DNA from: Gammaproteobacteria bacterium
GTDB taxonomy: Bacteria > Pseudomonadota > Gammaproteobacteria > Eutrophobiales > Eutrophobiaceae
Length of the DNA stretch: 64,000 nt
NCBI GenBank assembly: GCA_965222155.1
Contig: CBDCTH010000012.1
Span: 1,952,001-2,016,000 of the forward strand
Reading direction: 5' to 3'
The notes below the pieces were generated by a model that worked only from the letters and a program-made list of their open reading frames with translations, ran no database searches and was not told the origin of the DNA. Numbering within the stretch: position 1 is the first letter of the stretch; each line of letters starts with the position of its first letter. Shown here one piece after another: positions 60,271 to 64,000 of the stretch. The position numbers and the translations under genes are program-made.

Positions 60271-60616
60271 CAGGTCTGGGCAGGCCTTTCAAGACTATCA
60301 TCCGCATGGACAGCGGATGGTAAGCGTACCAGCCCGCATTTCTCACCAGTTGATGCGATGATCGCACCAGATTTTTGCCGCCAGCGGGTGCCTGCGACCG
60401 AAAGCATAGCCGTAGCTACGATTGAGGGAGCACGTGCCCGCTGGCGGCAAAAAGACAAGCGAGGGCGCATCAAGCGCAGTCTGTTATGTCGATATAGTGA
60501 GCAGGTCGTCATAACGTAACAACAGCAAACAACTATCCGATGACGACAAGCGAACTGGTGAGAAATGCGGGCTAGGACGTATTCACAGCGTGTCTTGAAA
60601 GGCCTGTTCAGACCTG
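60271..60616. mobile_element. Outer MITE-like element with a family B MITE (60333-60571) nested inside
   Basis: Outer arms CAGGTCTGGGCAGGCCTTTCAAGAC / GTCTTGAAAGGCCTGTTCAGACCTG; inner CCCGCATTTCTCACCAG / CTGGTGAGAAATGCGGG. Confidence 0.8.
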
Positions 60617-60636
60617 TATTCATAACTATCATAACC

Positions 60637-62181
60637 TCAGGATTGTAAAATCATCTTGTGTAAACGAAGTCCTGCCAGCCACAGAGTGGCGAAATAGACC
60701 AGGGCGCCGGCAAGCGTGCATAATACTACATTTATTACGCGCTCATTCATATCCCATTGAAACCAGGCGACTTGATCAGGAACAAAGTAAACCAGACCCA
60801 GCGCCATTACCCCCAGCCCCAGGATAACTCTGGCCAGATAACCGGACCAATCAGGCCCTATATCAAATCCCTTTTGTGTACGTAAAATCCGGTAAAGCAG
60901 CGCACCGTTGATACAGGCCGATAAGGACGTCGCCAGGGCCAACCCCGCATGAGCCAGGGGAATAACCAGCAGCAGGTTCAGGACGATATTGGCCAGCATT
61001 GCAATTACCGCAACTTTTACCGGTGTCCTGGTATCCTGTTTGGAAAAAAATCCGGAGGACAGCACTTTTATCAGGATAAAGGCCGGCAACCCGATTGCGT
61101 ACGCCACCAGGCTGCGCGCCGCCATCTGGACGTCATATTGAGAAAATTCATTATACTGAAACAGGGTGGTTAACAGTGGCGCCCCCAGCAGTATAAGCCC
61201 CGCAGCGGCCGGGAGAGAGACCAGGAACACCCAGCGCAAAGCCCAATCCAGGGTTTTATTGAACGCTGCGTTATCTCTACCAGTATGCTCTGCCGCCAGG
61301 TTGGGAAGAATAACTGTAGCCAGTGCGATACCGAATACACCCAGCGGAAATTCGACCAATCTATCAGCAAAATACAGCCAGGAGATACTGCCTGTCTCCA
61401 GGAATGAGGCGATAACGGTATCGATGAGCAGGTTAATCTGGGTAACGGATGCAGCGAACAGGGTCGGCACCATCAAGGTAATAATTCTGCCGACACCCTC
61501 CCTGTCCCGATTGAACCTGGGGAGCCGCAATAACCTGAGTTTCAGCAGAAATGGAAATTGAAACAGCAATTGCGCCACGCCTGCTATAAAAACTCCCCAG
61601 GCCAATGCGACTATCCTTTGTTCCGGTGGAAAATAAGGCGTCAGCCATAATGCGCAACCGATTAATGACAGATTGAGCAATACCGGTGTAAACGCAGGCA
61701 CTGCGAAACGCCGGTAGGTATTGAGGATGCCGCCTGCCATCGCAATCAGCGAAATGAACAGGATGTAAGGAAAGGTAATACGCAACATCTGGGTTGCCAG
61801 GCCCTGCTTTTCCAGGTCCCCACTGAAGCCGGGGGCAAAGATCCATATCAGCACAGGCGCAGCCAGTACGCCCACGACCGTGGTCACACACAGGCAGGCG
61901 CCAAGCACCGCGGCGGTATGTTCAACCAGTGCATTGACTTCGGCCTGGCCGCGCCGTTCCCGGTATTCGGACAGAACCGGTACGAATGCCTGGGAGAAAC
62001 CGCCTTCCGCGAATATACGGCGTAAAAAGTTCGGGATACGAAAAGCAACGATAAACGCGTCGACACCGGCCCCGGGACCGAACATGGCGCCGATAATAAT
62101 ATCCCGTATCAATCCGAGAATACGGGACAGCGTCGTCATCAGGCCGACTACCAGTGTCGATTTCAGTAACTTCTGCATCAT
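60637..62181 (-). CDS. murJ: Lipid II flippase MurJ
   Basis: SRILGLIRD, AFRIPNFLRRIFAEG, ADRLVEFPLG. Confidence 0.97.
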   Translation of the reverse strand: MMQKLLKSTLVVGLMTTLSRILGLIRDIIIGAMFGPGAGVDAFIVAFRIPNFLRRIFAEGGFSQAFVPVLSEYRERRGQAEVNALVEHTAAVLGACLCVTTVVGVLAAPVLIWIFAPGFSGDLEKQGLATQMLRITFPYILFISLIAMAGGILNTYRRFAVPAFTPVLLNLSLIGCALWLTPYFPPEQRIVALAWGVFIAGVAQLLFQFPFLLKLRLLRLPRFNRDREGVGRIITLMVPTLFAASVTQINLLIDTVIASFLETGSISWLYFADRLVEFPLGVFGIALATVILPNLAAEHTGRDNAAFNKTLDWALRWVFLVSLPAAAGLILLGAPLLTTLFQYNEFSQYDVQMAARSLVAYAIGLPAFILIKVLSSGFFSKQDTRTPVKVAVIAMLANIVLNLLLVIPLAHAGLALATSLSACINGALLYRILRTQKGFDIGPDWSGYLARVILGLGVMALGLVYFVPDQVAWFQWDMNERVINVVLCTLAGALVYFATLWLAGLRLHKMILQS

Positions 62182-62335
62182 TCGAATTACGAATCAGGAA
62201 TTCCTGATGAGAATACCACAGGGTAAGCAGCAGTTCCCGCTGACCCTCCCTCCCAGGGAAACATGTCCCCTTATGGGCAGAGCATGCAACAAGCATGTAT
62301 TGACCTCGATGTAGCGGAAGCTGCCGCCGTTTAGT

Positions 62336-62489
62336 CAGGTGCTCCCGCTAACTTCCGGGATCGAGGGCGTCCCGCCCTCAGCGAGGGCAAGATGCCCTCT
62401 ATCCCAAGGAAATATCCCCCCATTTGTACGGAATAACCTCGATTCGGGCCAGAATGACTGTTGGGACACAAAGTTAGCGGGAGCACCTG
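62336..62489. mobile_element. MITE with 19-bp TIR and 9-bp target duplication
   Basis: CCGTTTAGT-CAGGTGCTCCCGCTAACTT ... AAGTTAGCGGGAGCACCTG-CCGTTTAGT; REP-like pair inside (62357-62405). Confidence 0.9.
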
Positions 62490-62515
62490 CCGTTTAGTGT
62501 AGTGTAAGGCCGGCT

Positions 62516-62583
62516 GGGGACGGATTTAAAATCCGTCCCCAGAATTGCTCTTGCCAAACTGACTGTATTTTTACTCTGACCCC
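62516..62583. repeat. GGGGACGGATTTAAAATCCGTCCCC palindrome followed by GTATTTTTACTCTGACCCC end
   Basis: Direct inspection. Confidence 0.75.
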
Positions 62584-62625
62584 GAAAATCCCACTTTCCA
62601 ATGCGGGATGGGGAGTCATTAAAGA

Positions 62626-62654
62626 TTGACAAAATGCCGGCATATCCGCATAGT
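62626..62654 (+). promoter_or_regulatory. Putative sigma70 promoter of rpsT
   Basis: TTGACA-17 nt-CATAGT. Confidence 0.55.
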
Positions 62655-62692
62655 GTTGTGCCCTTGAAATTATCGACAATCAGGAGTTACAT

Positions 62693-62959
62693 TTGGCTAA
62701 TATCGCATCAGCGAAGAAACGCGCAAGACAGGCGGCCAAGCGCCGTCTACACAACAATTCACGCCGGTCCATGTTACGGTCTTCTATCAGGAAAGTGCTG
62801 GACTCCATAGCAAAAGGCGATAAAACAGCGGCGACCGCCGCCTACCAGGCAGCCGTTCCCATCATTGACAGGATGGCGAATAAAGGCTTGATACACAAGA
62901 ACAAGGCCGCCCGGCACAAGAGCCACCTGAATATCAAAATCCGCGCACTTGGAGATTAA
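62693..62959 (+). CDS. rpsT: 30S ribosomal protein S20 (TTG start)
   Basis: [27 protein letters not shown]; AGGAG RBS. Confidence 0.98.
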   Translation: MANIASAKKRARQAAKRRLHNNSRRSMLRSSIRKVLDSIAKGDKTAATAAYQAAVPIIDRMANKGLIHKNKAARHKSHLNIKIRALGD

Positions 62960-62964
62960 TGAAG

Positions 62965-63035
62965 AATTAAGAATTACGAATTAAGAATTAGGGTATAACC
63001 TCCCATTCCTAATTCTTAATTCGTAATTCTTAATT
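62965..63035. repeat. Perfect 28-bp inverted repeat of GAATTAM heptamers between convergent rpsT and proB; possible bidirectional terminator
   Basis: AATTAAGAATTACGAATTAAGAATTAGG / CCTAATTCTTAATTCGTAATTCTTAATT. Confidence 0.85.
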
Positions 63036-63036
63036 T

Positions 63037-64000
63037 CTAATTCTCAAAAACGACCATGTTATCCCGGTGGATCAGTTCCGCATCATCAACATAGCCCAGT
63101 AATTGTTCAATCCTGTTGCTTGGCTGACCCATGATCTTGCGCGTCTCGCCGGCATTGTAGTTGACCAGACCCCGGGCAACCTCGCTGCCATCCCGGGCAA
63201 CGCAACTGACAATCTCACCCCGGTTGAACTCACCGCGGACGTCAACGACCCCGACGGCCAGCAAACTCTTGCCCTGCTCAGCCAGTACGCGGCAGGCGCC
63301 GTCATCCAGTACCAGAGTACCATCAGGACGTTTGTGTCCCGCCAGCCATTGTTTGCGCGCGGCCAATGGCGAGCGTTTGACGCTGAGCCGGGTTCCAGTC
63401 TGCTCTCCTCCTGCAATTTTCAGCAGCGCGTCAGCTTCCAGACCTGAGCAAATGATCGTATCGGCTCCCGATTTCGCGGCAGTCTCGGCAGCCTTGAGTT
63501 TGGTCAACATGCCGCCCCGGCCCAGTGCTCCCCCCGGGCCGGCATAATCCAGTAAGGATGCATCGCCGGCTCGCCCTGCCTTGATTAACCTGGCATCCGG
63601 ATATTGACGCGGGTCACGGTCATATAAGCCCGCTTGATCCGTCAGGATTATTAACTGGTCCGCCTCTGCCAGATTTGCCACCAGACCCGCTAACGAGTCG
63701 TTATCTCCGAAGCGTATTTCATCCGTAGCGACGCTGTCATTCTCGTTTATAATGGGTACGACATCCAACTCCAGCAAAGTGCGCAACGCGGACCGGGCAT
63801 TCAGGTAACGCCCCCGGTCGGCTATGTCATCATGGGTCAGGAGTATCTGGGCAGTGTGTATGCCATATCCCTGGAACGCGGACTCGTAAGCCTGGATCAA
63901 GCCCATCTGGCCGACGGCTGCCGCGGCCTGCTGCTCGTGCAGGCTGACAGGCCTCATGTCCCAGCCCAGGCGCGCCCTGCCTTCCGCGATCGCCCCGGAT
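63037..64000 (-). CDS. proB: Glutamate 5-kinase (5' end outside window)
   Basis: [26 protein letters not shown]-terminal PUA domain; frame open to the window edge (SGAIAEGR). Confidence 0.97.
   Translation of the reverse strand, partial: SGAIAEGRARLGWDMRPVSLHEQQAAAAVGQMGLIQAYESAFQGYGIHTAQILLTHDDIADRGRYLNARSALRTLLELDVVPIINENDSVATDEIRFGDNDSLAGLVANLAEADQLIILTDQAGLYDRDPRQYPDARLIKAGRAGDASLLDYAGPGGALGRGGMLTKLKAAETAAKSGADTIICSGLEADALLKIAGGEQTGTRLSVKRSPLAARKQWLAGHKRPDGTLVLDDGACRVLAEQGKSLLAVGVVDVRGEFNRGEIVSCVARDGSEVARGLVNYNAGETRKIMGQPSNRIEQLLGYVDDAELIHRDNMVVFEN

Overview
Gammaproteobacterial chromosomal segment. Two conserved housekeeping blocks flank a ~23 kb accessory region. The left block is tilS-accA-dnaE-rnhB-lpxB-lpxA-fabZ-lpxD-skp-bamA-rseP-dxr-cdsA-uppS-frr-pyrH-tsf-rpsB on the minus strand, then map-glnD-mutH-dusA-FKBP-TPR-prc and two cytochromes c on the plus strand. 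The right block is ispH-lspA-ileS-ribF-murJ, rpsT and proB. The accessory region (~31.4-54.7 kb) holds three things. (1) An aromatic catabolic cluster: P450, TonB-dependent receptor, ligI, double-HTH LysR, ligU/galD, ligK, ligJ, a PobA homologue with a rewired active site, ligAB and an NdmA-like Rieske oxygenase, but no ligC; three of its transcription units share an upstream motif. (2) A RAYT-type HUH transposase bounded by 23-bp inverted ends, plus mini-elements built from the 3' end of its own gene; these ends sit at a gene truncation, a MITE truncation and a ligB duplication. (3) An MMPL/LolA-like/outer-membrane module with an MpaB/Lcp-like oxygenase. Many intergenic spaces carry palindromic mini-elements of several families, some nested four deep and some supplying the termini of essential proteins. 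No rRNA, tRNA, CRISPR array or reverse transcriptase was seen. All calls come from reading motifs by eye and from remembered family sequences; no database search was run.
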